Shown here: one piece after another, positions 49,144 to 59,341 of the stretch
Layout: each line of letters begins with the position of its first letter
Position numbering within the stretch: the stretch's first letter is position 1
From: Limosilactobacillus gorillae
Lineage (GTDB): Bacteria > Pseudomonadota > Alphaproteobacteria > CAAGCB01 > CAG-977
Assembly: GCA_963604715.1 (NCBI GenBank)
Contig: CAVCSV010000008.1
Span: forward strand, 2,529-66,528
Direction of reading: 5' to 3'
DNA length: 64,000 bases
Translations under genes and position numbers: made by a program
Notes under the pieces: model-generated
The model's input: the letters and a program-made list of their open reading frames with translations, nothing else
What the model was told of the DNA's origin: nothing
The model's database searches: none

Positions 49144-50085
49144 ATGGCTTCAGCTCTGGTTTTTCCCGGACAAGGGTCGCAATTCGTCGGCATGGGCAAA
49201 GATTTGGCGGACGCGTTCACGGTCGCGCGCGAAGTCTTTTTGGAGGTCGACGACGCTTTGAACGAAAATTTAAGCGCGATGATGTTTGACGGCGACGCGC
49301 AGGATTTGATGCTGACGCAAAACGCCCAGCCCGCTTTGATGGCGGTCAGCATGGCGGTCGTCCGCGTCCTGCAGCAGGAAGGCAAAATCTCGCTTGCCGA
49401 AACGTTCAAATACGCCGCGGGACATTCCTTGGGCGAATACTCGGCGCTGTGCGCGGCGGGGGCGTTCGACATCACGACGGCGGCGCGCCTGCTCAGAACG
49501 CGCGGCAAGGCGATGCAGGAAGCCGTTCCCGTGGGCAAAGGCGGCATGGCGGCTTTAATCGGCGCGAACGTTGAAATCGCCCGTGAAATCGCCGCGGAAG
49601 CCGCCGAAGGCGACGTTTGCGTCGCGGCGAACGACAACGCCCCGGGGCAGGTCGTTATCAGCGGTTCAATGGCGGCGATTGACCGCGCCGTTGAAATCGC
49701 GGGGAAAAAGGGATTGAAACGCGCCGTCAAACTGGCGGTCAGCGCGCCGTTCCACAGCCCGATGATGCAGCCCGCGGCTGTCGTCATGGAACAGGCTTTG
49801 GCGGCGGCCGACATCAAGGACTTGCGCTTTCCCGTCATTGCGAACGTAACGGCCGCCCCCGTGGTCAAAGCCGACGACATCCGCAAACTGCTGACGGCGC
49901 AGGTAACGGGCGCGGTCAGATGGCGCGAAAGCATGCTGTTCGCCATGGAAAACGGTGTCGACACGATTGTCGAAGCCGGCGCGGGCAAAGTTTTGTCGGG
50001 CTTGGCAAAACGCATTTCGCCCGATTTGAAAGCGGTGACGCTCAACACGCCCGCCGACATCGAAGCTTTTTTGAAAACGCTTTAA
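49144..50085 (+). CDS. fabD: Malonyl-CoA:ACP transacylase
   Basis: Active-site motif GHSLGE. An SD (aaggag) lies 8 nt upstream of the ATG at 49144. Confidence 0.9.
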   Translation: MASALVFPGQGSQFVGMGKDLADAFTVAREVFLEVDDALNENLSAMMFDGDAQDLMLTQNAQPALMAVSMAVVRVLQQEGKISLAETFKYAAGHSLGEYSALCAAGAFDITTAARLLRTRGKAMQEAVPVGKGGMAALIGANVEIAREIAAEAAEGDVCVAANDNAPGQVVISGSMAAIDRAVEIAGKKGLKRAVKLAVSAPFHSPMMQPAAVVMEQALAAADIKDLRFPVIANVTAAPVVKADDIRKLLTAQVTGAVRWRESMLFAMENGVDTIVEAGAGKVLSGLAKRISPDLKAVTLNTPADIEAFLKTL

Positions 50086-50103
50086 ACCGAAAGGAAAAAG
50101 AGA

Positions 50104-50838
50104 ATGGATTTTACAGGGAAATGCGCTCTGGTAACGGGCGCGACGGGCGGTATCGGACGCGTGATTGCGAAAAAACTGCATGACGCGGGCGCGACGGTCA
50201 TCCTGACGGATATGAATCAGGAAAAACTGGACGCTTACGCCGCCGAATTGAAAGACAGGGTTTTTGCTTTTTCGTGCAATCTGGGCGACGGCGCCGATAT
50301 CGACGCTTTGGTCGCCAAAGCCGAAAAAGCCGCCGGTGCGATTGACATTCTGGTCAACAACGCCGGTCTGACCAAAGACAATCTGTTTATGCGTATGAAA
50401 GACGAAGATTGGGATTTGGTTTTGAAAGTGAACTTGACGGCCGGTTTCCGTCTGGCTCGCGCCGCCATTCGCGGGATGATGAAGCGCCGCTACGGCCGCA
50501 TCGTCAGCATGGCGTCGATTGTGGGCGTGACGGGCAACCCCGGACAGGCGAACTACGCCGCATCCAAAGCGGGCATGATTGCGATGACAAAATGTCTGGC
50601 TGCGGAAGTCGCTTCGCGCGGCATTACGGCAAACTGCGTTGCGCCGGGCTTTATCAAAACCCCGATGACCGACGCTTTGCCCGAAGAAGCAAAAGAAAAA
50701 CTGACCCGCAACATTCCGATGGCGCGCTTGGGTTTGCCCGAAGACGTCGCGAACGCCGTGGTGTTCCTTGCCAGCGACGAAGCGTCGTACATCACGGGAC
50801 AGACCATCCACGTCAACGGCGGGATGTCGATGATTTGA
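50104..50838 (+). CDS. fabG: 3-oxoacyl-ACP reductase
   Basis: SDR motifs (TGATGGIG, YAASKAG). Confidence 0.9.
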   Translation: MDFTGKCALVTGATGGIGRVIAKKLHDAGATVILTDMNQEKLDAYAAELKDRVFAFSCNLGDGADIDALVAKAEKAAGAIDILVNNAGLTKDNLFMRMKDEDWDLVLKVNLTAGFRLARAAIRGMMKRRYGRIVSMASIVGVTGNPGQANYAASKAGMIAMTKCLAAEVASRGITANCVAPGFIKTPMTDALPEEAKEKLTRNIPMARLGLPEDVANAVVFLASDEASYITGQTIHVNGGMSMI

Positions 50839-50951
50839 CGATATGTCCTTTTTTTCTGGTCAAATCGAAAAATCTGTGCTAAAAGATGTTGCTTTCGTGA
50901 GTGCATCGGCTCTTTGAACCCCTGCACCGTGTTTAACAAGAGGAATTAAAA

Positions 50952-51185
50952 ATGAGTGATATTGCCGAACGCGTAAAGAAAATTGTCGTTGAACACTTGG
51001 GAGTTGACGCTTCCAAAGTGACGGATTCGTCCAGCTTCATCGACGACTTGAACGCAGACAGCCTGGATACCGTCGAATTGGTTATGGCTTTCGAAGAAGA
51101 ATTTTCCGTCGAAATCCCCGACGATGCCGCGGAAAAAATTCTGACGGTTCAGGACGCTATTGACTACATCAGCAAACACGTCTAA
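50952..51185 (+). CDS. acpP: Acyl carrier protein
   Basis: Phosphopantetheine-attachment site [12 protein letters not shown]. Confidence 0.95.
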   Translation: MSDIAERVKKIVVEHLGVDASKVTDSSSFIDDLNADSLDTVELVMAFEEEFSVEIPDDAAEKILTVQDAIDYISKHV

Positions 51186-51274
51186 GAACAATCTGTAACG
51201 GTGCCGGTTTTCCGTCTTGGGCGGGGAATCGGCATTTGTTCTTTTAACCCAATCTTGCATCACAAGGTGAAAAT

Positions 51275-52534
51275 ATGAGAAGAGTCGTCGTAACCGGTAT
51301 GGGTCTGCTGTCCCCGATGGGGCGCGGAGTGGACAAAACGTGGCAGGGACTGATTCACGGAAAATCGGGAATCTCGAAAGTCCAGAAATACGATGTGTCC
51401 GACATGACCGCCAAAATCGCAGGGCAGGTGTTTTTCGGCAAGGGCGAAAACGAATTCGACCCCGATACCGTCATGTCGCCCAAAGACCAGCGCCGCGTCG
51501 ACCCGTTCATCTTGTACGGTGTGTGCGCGGGTATTGACGCCGTCGAAGATTCGGGATGGAAGCCCGAAACCGACGAAGACCGTTTCCGCACGGGTGTGAT
51601 GATCGGGTCGGGCATCGGCGGTTTGAGCGCGATTTCCGACAGCGCCGTGACCCTCAAGGAACACGGTCCGCGCCGCATCAGCCCGTTCTTTATTCCGTCT
51701 TGCCTGATTAACCTGATTTCGGGTCAGCTGTCGATTAAATACGGCTTCTACGGTCCGAACCACGCCTGCGTTACGGCGTGCGCGACGGGGACTCACGCCA
51801 TCGGCGACGCCGCCCGTCTGATTATGTGGGGCGACGCCGACGTCATGGTCGCGGGCGGTGCCGAAGCCGCGGTTCATCCGCTGGCGATGGCGGGCTTTGC
51901 GCAGGCGAAAGCGCTGTCCACAAGCTATAACGATACCCCCGAAAAGGCGTCCCGTCCGTGGGACAAAGGGCATGACGGCTTCGTCATGGGCGAAGGCGCG
52001 GGCGTTGTCGTGTTGGAAGAATACGAACACGCCAAAAAGCGCGGCGCGAAAATTTACGGCGAAGTCGCTGGCTACGGTTTGTCGGGCGACGGCTATCACG
52101 TCACGGCTCCCGCCGCGGACAGCCGCGGTTCAAAGCACGCGATGCGCATGGCGTTGAAAAACGCGGGGATGAACGTCGAACAAATCGGCTACATCAACGC
52201 GCACGGCACGTCGACCCCCGCGGGCGACATTCTGGAAGTCAACGCGGTCAAAGCCGTTTTCGGCGACTATGCGACGAAAGTGTCCATGTCGTCCACAAAG
52301 TCCAGCATCGGGCATTTGCTGGGCGCGGCGGGCGCCGTCGAAGCGATTTTCTGCTTGAAAGCGCTGAACGAAGGTCTTTTGCCGCCGACTTTGAATCTGG
52401 AAGATCCCATTGAAGGCGCGGAAGACATGGACTTGGTGCCGCTGAAAGCCAAAGAACGCAAGCTTGAAGCCGTGATGTCCAACTCGTTCGGCTTCGGCGG
52501 GACGAACGCCTCTGTCATTTTCAAAGCCGTGTAA
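51275..52534 (+). CDS. fabF: 3-oxoacyl-ACP synthase II
   Basis: Catalytic-triad region (ACATGTH, HGTSTPAGD, GHLLGAAG). Confidence 0.95.
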   Translation: MRRVVVTGMGLLSPMGRGVDKTWQGLIHGKSGISKVQKYDVSDMTAKIAGQVFFGKGENEFDPDTVMSPKDQRRVDPFILYGVCAGIDAVEDSGWKPETDEDRFRTGVMIGSGIGGLSAISDSAVTLKEHGPRRISPFFIPSCLINLISGQLSIKYGFYGPNHACVTACATGTHAIGDAARLIMWGDADVMVAGGAEAAVHPLAMAGFAQAKALSTSYNDTPEKASRPWDKGHDGFVMGEGAGVVVLEEYEHAKKRGAKIYGEVAGYGLSGDGYHVTAPAADSRGSKHAMRMALKNAGMNVEQIGYINAHGTSTPAGDILEVNAVKAVFGDYATKVSMSSTKSSIGHLLGAAGAVEAIFCLKALNEGLLPPTLNLEDPIEGAEDMDLVPLKAKERKLEAVMSNSFGFGGTNASVIFKAV

Positions 52535-52536
52535 GA

Positions 52537-53706
52537 ATGAAAGCGGGCGGACGCTTTTTATTGAAATTGCTGGTTCTGCTCGCCATTTTGCTGACGGGCG
52601 GAAGCGTCTTCAGTTATTATTCGCTGCTTTACGAACAAAACGACGCGGTTGAACCGACAATCGTTTTGGTGGAAAAAGGCGACAGTCTGGGGCGCATTGC
52701 CGTTCGTTTGAAAAAGGACGGCTTGCTGAAAAGCGTTGCCGTTTTCAAAGTCGCCGCCCGTTTGTCGGGCAAATCGACTCAGCTGAAAACGGGCGAATAC
52801 CGCATCCCCGCGCATGCCAGCGCGAAAGAAATTCTGGATGTTTTGACGGGCGGGCAGACTTTGGTGCGCCGCGTCACGATTCCCGAAGGCAAAACCAGCC
52901 GCCAGATTTACGATATGCTGTTGGAAACGGCGGGGCTGTTCGGCGATTTGCCCGAACCGCCCGCAAACGGGTCTTTGCTGCCTGAAACATATGTATTCGG
53001 CTACGGCGTGCCGCGCAAAGTCATCGTCGACAGAATGCGCGAATCCATGCAAAAAACAATCGATGATTTGTGGGAATACCGCGCCGACGATTTGCCTTAT
53101 AAAACCAAGGCGGAAGCGTTGGTCATGGCGTCGATTGTGGAAAAGGAAACATCCGTTCCCGCCGAACGTCCGCGGATTGCCGCCGTTTTTGTGAACCGTT
53201 TGCGCAAAGGCATGCGTCTGCAAACCGACCCGACGGTGATTTACGCCGTAACGGACGGCACGATGGAACTGAACCGCCGCTTGACGCACAAGGATTTAAG
53301 AACGCCGCATCCGTTCAACACTTATGTCAATCGCGGACTGCCCCCCGCGCCGATTTGCAATCCGGGGCGCGATTCGATTTTGGCGGTCTTGCAGCCGTTG
53401 AAAACCAACGAGCTTTATTTTGTCGCTGACGGAACGGGCGGTCACGTCTTTTCGCAGACATTCGACCAGCATCGGCGCAACATCGCGGCATGGAAAAAGG
53501 CGCGTGTTCAAAAACGGCTGGCGCGGCGCAAAGCCCGCTTGGCGGCGATAAAAGCCAAAGAAAAGGCGGCGGCAAAGAAAAACAAAAAAACAGCCGCGCC
53601 GCAGCCCGCCCCCGTTGTTCACGAAGAAATCGAGGAACCGCTTGACCCCGAAGACGTTTCGCTGGACATTGTCGATTCGATTCCCGTGGAACAGCCGAAA
53701 CAATAG
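52537..53706 (+). CDS. mltG: Endolytic murein transglycosylase MltG (YceG-like) with a roughly 60 aa charged C-terminal extension
   Basis: A TM anchor, the YceG domain, and a K/A/E-rich tail. It is translationally coupled to fabF. Confidence 0.85.
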   Translation: MKAGGRFLLKLLVLLAILLTGGSVFSYYSLLYEQNDAVEPTIVLVEKGDSLGRIAVRLKKDGLLKSVAVFKVAARLSGKSTQLKTGEYRIPAHASAKEILDVLTGGQTLVRRVTIPEGKTSRQIYDMLLETAGLFGDLPEPPANGSLLPETYVFGYGVPRKVIVDRMRESMQKTIDDLWEYRADDLPYKTKAEALVMASIVEKETSVPAERPRIAAVFVNRLRKGMRLQTDPTVIYAVTDGTMELNRRLTHKDLRTPHPFNTYVNRGLPPAPICNPGRDSILAVLQPLKTNELYFVADGTGGHVFSQTFDQHRRNIAAWKKARVQKRLARRKARLAAIKAKEKAAAKKNKKTAAPQPAPVVHEEIEEPLDPEDVSLDIVDSIPVEQPKQ

Positions 53707-53715
53707 GAGGGCGGT

Positions 53716-54432
53716 ATGCCTTTTCTGCTTTTGTTGTTGTTGATTTTTTCGACCCCCGCTGCTGCCGATTTTGAATCGGGGCGCAAGGCGTTTGCGCAAG
53801 GAAATTACGAACTTGCTTTTACCGAATGGCAAGCCGCGGCGGAACAGGGCGACGCGTCGGCTCAGCGCAACGTCGGGCATTTGTACCGCTGGGGAAAAGG
53901 CGTGCCGCAGGATTTGACCCAAGCCGCCTATTGGTACTTTACGGCGGCGAAAAACGGATCGGCGGGCGCGCAATACAATTTGGGCGTGATGTACCTGCGC
54001 GGCGAGGGCGTGCCCCGCAACGAAGAGGAAGGAACGCTTTGGCTGGAACGGTCTGCGGAACAGGGCTATGCGAAAGCCAAAAAACGGCTGCAGGATTTGA
54101 AAGCCGATTTGGACGATTTCCCCGCTGACGAAGAAATTTTGTCGCCCGTCAAACAGCCCGTAAAACCCCGCAAGGAAACAAAACGCAAAGAACCGCCCCT
54201 TTATGCGCATTTGGCGTCTTATTACACGCAGGAAACGCTGGAGAAGGGGTGGAAAGAGCTGAAGCAGACCTATCCCGAACTGAAAACCTTTAAAACGGTT
54301 GAAACGCAGGTTTCCCTGCCGGAAAAGGGAAAATACATCCGCCTGTATATCAAAGGAAAACCCGCGGACGTCAAACGCGTCTGCGGGCTGTTGAACGATA
54401 AAAAACAGTACTGCTTAATCAGCTATCCGTAG
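53716..54432 (+). CDS. Sel1-repeat protein fused to a C-terminal SPOR domain
   Basis: A signal peptide, Sel1 repeats (NVGHLYRWGKGVPQD, NLGVMYLRGEGVPRN), and a C-terminal SPOR-like domain (YAHLASYYTQETLEKGWKEL…YIRLYIKGKPADVKRVCG). Confidence 0.65.
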   Translation: MPFLLLLLLIFSTPAAADFESGRKAFAQGNYELAFTEWQAAAEQGDASAQRNVGHLYRWGKGVPQDLTQAAYWYFTAAKNGSAGAQYNLGVMYLRGEGVPRNEEEGTLWLERSAEQGYAKAKKRLQDLKADLDDFPADEEILSPVKQPVKPRKETKRKEPPLYAHLASYYTQETLEKGWKELKQTYPELKTFKTVETQVSLPEKGKYIRLYIKGKPADVKRVCGLLNDKKQYCLISYP

Positions 54433-55489
54433 GCTGTTCAGGCGCTACGACATTGACTTTCAGGGATTTGTCCTTTTGCCGTTTGGTCGTCCAAACCATT
54501 TTGGCGTAAGTCCGCATATCGGGGACTTTGTCCGTTTCGTCAAGGATTTCCTGCCCCAAAATGGTTTCAAGGATGTCCTCAAGCGTAACAATGCCCAGCC
54601 ACGTTCCCAGTTCGTCGAACACGACGCCGATATGGTTATGGGTGCGCAACATTTCCGTAAACACATAATCCGCGTTGGACGACGACGCGATTTCCAAAAT
54701 CGGGCGGATTAAGCCTTTGATGCTCAGCGACGGGTCTTTGCCGATTAAATCGGATTTGTGAACATAGCCGACAAAGACTTCTTCGTCCTCGTTTTTCATA
54801 ACGGGATAGCGCGAAAACGAATGCTGAGTCGCCGTTTCGATGAATTCGCGGATGCTGATGTCCGCCAAAACGGTGGCGCATACGTTGCGCGGGGTCAGCA
54901 AATCCTTGATTTTGATGTTGTCCATGTTCAGCGTGTTGCTGATGACGTGGTATTCGTCCTCGTCCAGCATTTTTTCCGTGTAGCCCATTTTTGTCAGCGC
55001 GGCGATTTCTTCGCGAATGTTGTTTTTGGGCGCGGTTTTGGGCTTAATCAAGTTGGTTAAAATTTCAAACAGCTTGATGAACGGCGCCAGACAAAACAGC
55101 ATGATGGACAGCATAAAGCACAAAAAGCTCAGCAATTTCTGCCAATACGTCGCGCCGATGGTTTTGGGCAGGATTTCGCTGCACGACAAAATCAGAACGG
55201 TCATTATCGCGGACGCCCAGCCGACCCATTCCTGCCCCAAAACGGAAGCAACCTGCGCGCCGATGCACGCCGCGCCCGCAGTATTCGCGACGGTGTTCAA
55301 AATCAAAATCGCGGACAACGGGCGGTCGATGTGGGCTTTAAGGCTTGAAATTTTTTTGTAAAGCGTCGGTTTGGTTTCCTCCAAACTGGCGATATAACTG
55401 GGGGTAACCGACAACAACGTTGCTTCCATCAGCGAGCAGGTGAACGAAATGCCGACGGTCAGAACCACCAAAATAACTAAAAGAGTCAT
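54419..55489 (-). CDS. CNNM/DUF21-CBS transporter-associated protein (hemolysin-family, CorC-like)
   Basis: An N-terminal DUF21 region with four TM helices plus a CBS pair. The start is taken at MTLLVIL, and the N-terminal extension in the track is rejected. Confidence 0.7.
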   Translation of the reverse strand: MTLLVILVVLTVGISFTCSLMEATLLSVTPSYIASLEETKPTLYKKISSLKAHIDRPLSAILILNTVANTAGAACIGAQVASVLGQEWVGWASAIMTVLILSCSEILPKTIGATYWQKLLSFLCFMLSIMLFCLAPFIKLFEILTNLIKPKTAPKNNIREEIAALTKMGYTEKMLDEDEYHVISNTLNMDNIKIKDLLTPRNVCATVLADISIREFIETATQHSFSRYPVMKNEDEEVFVGYVHKSDLIGKDPSLSIKGLIRPILEIASSSNADYVFTEMLRTHNHIGVVFDELGTWLGIVTLEDILETILGQEILDETDKVPDMRTYAKMVWTTKRQKDKSLKVNVVAPEQPTDS

Positions 55490-55587
55490 GGAATCCTCTG
55501 TAAAAACAAACTTTTTACAGGATAGCACCGAACAGGTCGCGGGACAAGCGGGAAAACGGCGGTTTTGCCCGCCGCTTTCCGATTTTT

Positions 55588-57036
55588 TCATATCTCCAGA
55601 ACGCCGCGTGAAAACAAAAACACGGCAATCAGAGCAGCGGCAATCAACAGCCCCGCCGCCCACGGTTCGCGCCCTTTGAACACGGGTTCGTTCGGGGCGT
55701 TTTCACGTCTTGCCCAAACGAAAACGGGTATGCCGCAGGCAAGGAACAACACCGCCATTAACAGATATTGCAAGCCCGCCGCGTAAATCAGCCATACGGC
55801 ATAAGCCGACCCGAACATTGACGACAACAGCGCTTCGGAACGCGGAGAAACGGCGGTTTTCGGGTATTCACCGTCTTCGCACATTTTCCACAAAAATCCC
55901 ATGCTGACCAGATAGGCGGGCAGAACCATCACGCCCGTAATCGACAGCATGGTGCTCCACGCGTCACGGGAAAAATACACCATGAAAATCGCCGCCTGCA
56001 TCAGCGCGCTGCTGACCCACAGGGATACGGACGGCGAACCGTTTTTGTTTTCACGGGCAAAGACGCGCGGAAAAGCGCCGTTTTTCGCGGCGGCGAACGG
56101 AATTTCAGCCGCAATCATCGTCCATGCCAGCCAGCTGGCAAGAACCGCAATCAGCAGCCCGCCGTTCATCAGCCGCGCGCCCCATTTGCCGACGGCGGCT
56201 TCCAAAACGCCCGCGGTGGACGGATTGGGCAGGGCGGCAAGTTCGGTTTGGCTCATAAAGCCGTACGGCAGAACGGACAGCAGGACGTAAATTGTCAAAC
56301 AGCCCAAAAATCCGATGAAAGTCGCTTTGCCGACGTCGTTTTTGTTTTGCGCGCGATCGGACAGAACGACCGCCCCCTCAATCCCGATGAAAGCCCAAAG
56401 CGTTACCAGCATGGTGCTTTTGATTTGTTCGGGAACGGAACCCAGTCCTTTGCCGTGCGAAGCCAGTTTGCCCCAGAAATCAGCGTCGAACGTGTCCGCT
56501 TTGAACATGAAAGCCGTTATCAGAATGAAAATCAGCAAAGGCACGATATTGCACACCGTGCCGATGATGTTGACAAAGCTTGCCCTTCGCACGCCGCGCA
56601 GAACAACGGCGTTGAACCCCCAAATCAGCAATGAACCGCCGATAATGGAATAAAGCCCGTTGCCGCCCGCGAAATACGGCGGGAAAAAGTAATTCAGCGC
56701 GTCCATGGTGATGACGGCATAGCCGACGTTTCCGAAAATCTGACACAGCCAGTACCCCCACCCGATTGTGAAGCCCGCGAACGACCCGAAGCCCGCGCGG
56801 GCGTACATATATACCCCCGCGGTCAAATCGGATCGCGCGTCGGACAGGATTCTGAACGAATTGGCAAGGAAATACATGCCGACGCCCGTAATCAGCCACG
56901 CCAGCAGCACCGCGCCGACGCTCGCCCCCGCCGCCATGTTTTGGGGCAGGCTGTAAATCCCGCCCCCGACCATGGAGCTGACCACGACGCACGACAGCGC
57001 CGCCAATCCCAGCTTGTTGCTTTGTTGTTCAGCCAT
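55588..57036 (-). CDS. APC-family basic amino acid antiporter (ArcD/YdgI-like); a candidate arginine:agmatine antiporter
   Basis: Strong resemblance to ArcD/YdgI (GIYSLPQNMAAGAS, WGYWLC, IKSTMLVTLW, RAQNKNDVGKATF) with 12–13 TM helices. It lies immediately downstream of a pyruvoyl decarboxylase gene. Confidence 0.8.
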   Translation of the reverse strand: MAEQQSNKLGLAALSCVVVSSMVGGGIYSLPQNMAAGASVGAVLLAWLITGVGMYFLANSFRILSDARSDLTAGVYMYARAGFGSFAGFTIGWGYWLCQIFGNVGYAVITMDALNYFFPPYFAGGNGLYSIIGGSLLIWGFNAVVLRGVRRASFVNIIGTVCNIVPLLIFILITAFMFKADTFDADFWGKLASHGKGLGSVPEQIKSTMLVTLWAFIGIEGAVVLSDRAQNKNDVGKATFIGFLGCLTIYVLLSVLPYGFMSQTELAALPNPSTAGVLEAAVGKWGARLMNGGLLIAVLASWLAWTMIAAEIPFAAAKNGAFPRVFARENKNGSPSVSLWVSSALMQAAIFMVYFSRDAWSTMLSITGVMVLPAYLVSMGFLWKMCEDGEYPKTAVSPRSEALLSSMFGSAYAVWLIYAAGLQYLLMAVLFLACGIPVFVWARRENAPNEPVFKGREPWAAGLLIAAALIAVFLFSRGVLEI

Positions 57037-57047
57037 TGTCCGTCCCT

Positions 57048-57629
57048 TTACAGCTTGACGGGATCGGCTGTTTCAAAGTTCAAAAAGCCCAAGCACGTCA
57101 AGCAATAGCCGAATTGCTGCGTGATGTTGATATAGTTGTGAAACAGCTGGAATTCGCTGTGTTTTTCGACGCCGCGGATTTCCAGTTCGTGATTCAAAGA
57201 CTTGTTCAGCCACATTTCGGCGTGCCCTTTGGCAATATCGTCGTCAATGTAGGTCGGGAAGTATTCGACATATTCCGCCGCCCAGCCGCCGATAAGCTTG
57301 CCAGTTTTGTCCTTGCCCCAGCAAACGCCGACGCCCGTCGCGATTGCGCGGTGGTCGTTGCGGTTCGCGCCGTTGCCCGCCATGATGACTTCCAACACCG
57401 CGCCGTGTTTGAAGAATTTGGACACTTTGTCGACGGGAACGATGTTGCCTTTCAATTCGGGCGGCAGAACGGACGTGTACGGAATGACGTTGAAGTCTTG
57501 AATTTTCGCCTGCGCCAAAGCCGAGTCGTAACAGAACGTTTCAAACGGCTGCGGCGGAATACCGTCGTCCGATTGCCCCGCGCCGCCCGTATGAAAAGCC
57601 AATGTCGGATAACGAGTGCCTACTAACAT
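57048..57629 (-). CDS. Pyruvoyl-dependent arginine decarboxylase family protein (PvlArgDC/AaxB-like)
   Basis: The 193 aa product has a self-processing-site region NVIPYTS|[12 protein letters not shown] that aligns with the archaeal and chlamydial PvlArgDC NLIRISS|IMPPEAEIVP. Confidence 0.7.
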   Translation of the reverse strand: MLVGTRYPTLAFHTGGAGQSDDGIPPQPFETFCYDSALAQAKIQDFNVIPYTSVLPPELKGNIVPVDKVSKFFKHGAVLEVIMAGNGANRNDHRAIATGVGVCWGKDKTGKLIGGWAAEYVEYFPTYIDDDIAKGHAEMWLNKSLNHELEIRGVEKHSEFQLFHNYINITQQFGYCLTCLGFLNFETADPVKL

Positions 57630-57775
57630 GTTTAATCTCCTTAAAAAAGTGAATTGCGTCTTTAACGGTACGGAGTTTCAAAAGGGAAAAACAGCTGGAC
57701 TTGTTTTTATAACCGTATTGCCGACTGTTTGAATTTGCGCGCTTTGCCTAAGCTGAAATAAAAAAGGAGCGGACG

Positions 57776-58843
57776 ATGCGGATAAAAACGGCGGCGGTTT
57801 TAATACTTTCGGCGGCGAATGCGCAGGCGGCGGATTACGCGGATTTCAAACGGGATTTGTCAGAAAATTACGGCTTCGATTACAGCTTGGACGTGTCCGT
57901 TTTGGGGCAAAAGGGAACGCCGAACAACGAAAAAAGCGCGACGCAGACGATTTACGCCCCGTCGGCAAGCTGGCAATCGTACGACGGCGGAACGATTGAT
58001 TTTTCCTATAATCTGGTGCGGTATTGGGGCGGAAATGCGGCGCGGGTGCAGAATGATTTGGGACTGGCGAATCCGATAAACGATTATGCAAACCGCCAAA
58101 GTTCGTTCGACCAGCTGACTTTTACGCACAGTTTCGGCAAAGCGGCGGTTACCGTCGGACAGTTTCCTTTGTACAACTTTGACGGCACGGCGTACGATTC
58201 CAATCAGCAAACGAATTTTATCAGCGACGCTTTGGCGCAAAACGGCGCGGAAACATATCCGACCGCGGGGTTGGGCGCATATGTGCAGTTCAATCCGAAC
58301 AATGAATTTTCGGTTGCGGCGGGCTTTCAAAACGCCGCAAACGTCGACGCCAGAGCTTTGTCGACAAAAGGCTGGGGACAACACCGTTTCACAAGCTTCG
58401 GGCAAATCGCTTACACGCCGCGGTCGGGGACTTATTCGGTATTGGTGTACAACCAGCCGTCGGTCAAGGCGCAACCTCAAAACTCGACAGGTGTTTCGGT
58501 GAATTTGATGCGGAATTTGTCCGACAACACCGCCGTTTTTATGCGAATCGGCGGGGTTTCGGGGGCTTCCGTTCCGTTAAAGCGCTCGTATGTGCTGGGC
58601 GGGGTCGTGAACTTTGCGAAAAATAATCAAATCGGGCTGGCGGCGGCGATCAACAAAGTGGCGAAAAAGTATTACAATACGCCAGTTCGCGCCTACGAAT
58701 CCGTGATAGAAGGTTATTGGAACATCGGCGTCGGCAGGTATTTGACGATTACGCCCGATATGCAGGTTTATATCAATCCCGCTTTGGACAGGTCGGCGAA
58801 AACGGCGACGGTGTTTTCCCTACGCGGCACAATCCAGCTGTAA
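57776..58843 (+). CDS. Outer-membrane beta-barrel porin-like protein
   Basis: Signal peptide (…SAANAQA|AD), alternating amphipathic beta-strand patterning, and an aromatic-rich C-terminal strand. It is divergent from the decarboxylase-antiporter pair. Confidence 0.55.
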   Translation: MRIKTAAVLILSAANAQAADYADFKRDLSENYGFDYSLDVSVLGQKGTPNNEKSATQTIYAPSASWQSYDGGTIDFSYNLVRYWGGNAARVQNDLGLANPINDYANRQSSFDQLTFTHSFGKAAVTVGQFPLYNFDGTAYDSNQQTNFISDALAQNGAETYPTAGLGAYVQFNPNNEFSVAAGFQNAANVDARALSTKGWGQHRFTSFGQIAYTPRSGTYSVLVYNQPSVKAQPQNSTGVSVNLMRNLSDNTAVFMRIGGVSGASVPLKRSYVLGGVVNFAKNNQIGLAAAINKVAKKYYNTPVRAYESVIEGYWNIGVGRYLTITPDMQVYINPALDRSAKTATVFSLRGTIQL

Positions 58844-59341
58844 AGCGGCGGCGGCTTTGCGTTCCGCCCGCTTCATGGCGTAAATCGTGTACAGGTAAAC
58901 GGAAATGTTGGTGATGTCCTGCACCGTTCCCGCATACGACCCTTTGGCGGTGTCGTGAATCAGCCAGCAGAAGCAACAGCAAAGCAAAATGACGCGCAGT
59001 TTGATACCTTTGGTGTACGCGGTGCCGATTGTTGCGACCAAAACGGCGGTCAAAGGCATCAGGCTGTAAAAATCCTGATAAGTGAAATACGCCAGAACGC
59101 ACGCGGCAATCGAAAACGGAACGGCGATAATCAGTCCGTTCAGCGTGCGGTTCAAGTACATGCGAATACCAATCAGCAACGCGGACGCCGCCGCCATTTG
59201 ATTGTTCAGCAGCCAATGGTGCGCGGTGAAAAACAAAAATGCGACGCTGAATCCCAAAAACAGGCGGTCGTCTTTTTTCTGCAAACCCGCCCACAGTCCG
59301 ATAAGGTAGCCTACGAACCCGATGCCTTGGATGTAATCCAT
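58820..59341 (-). CDS. YgjV-like inner membrane protein
   Basis: A 173 aa product with five TM helices, the last gene of the ubiA-hisH-hisF-membrane operon. Confidence 0.5.
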   Translation of the reverse strand: MDYIQGIGFVGYLIGLWAGLQKKDDRLFLGFSVAFLFFTAHHWLLNNQMAAASALLIGIRMYLNRTLNGLIIAVPFSIAACVLAYFTYQDFYSLMPLTAVLVATIGTAYTKGIKLRVILLCCCFCWLIHDTAKGSYAGTVQDITNISVYLYTIYAMKRAERKAAAALQLDCAA

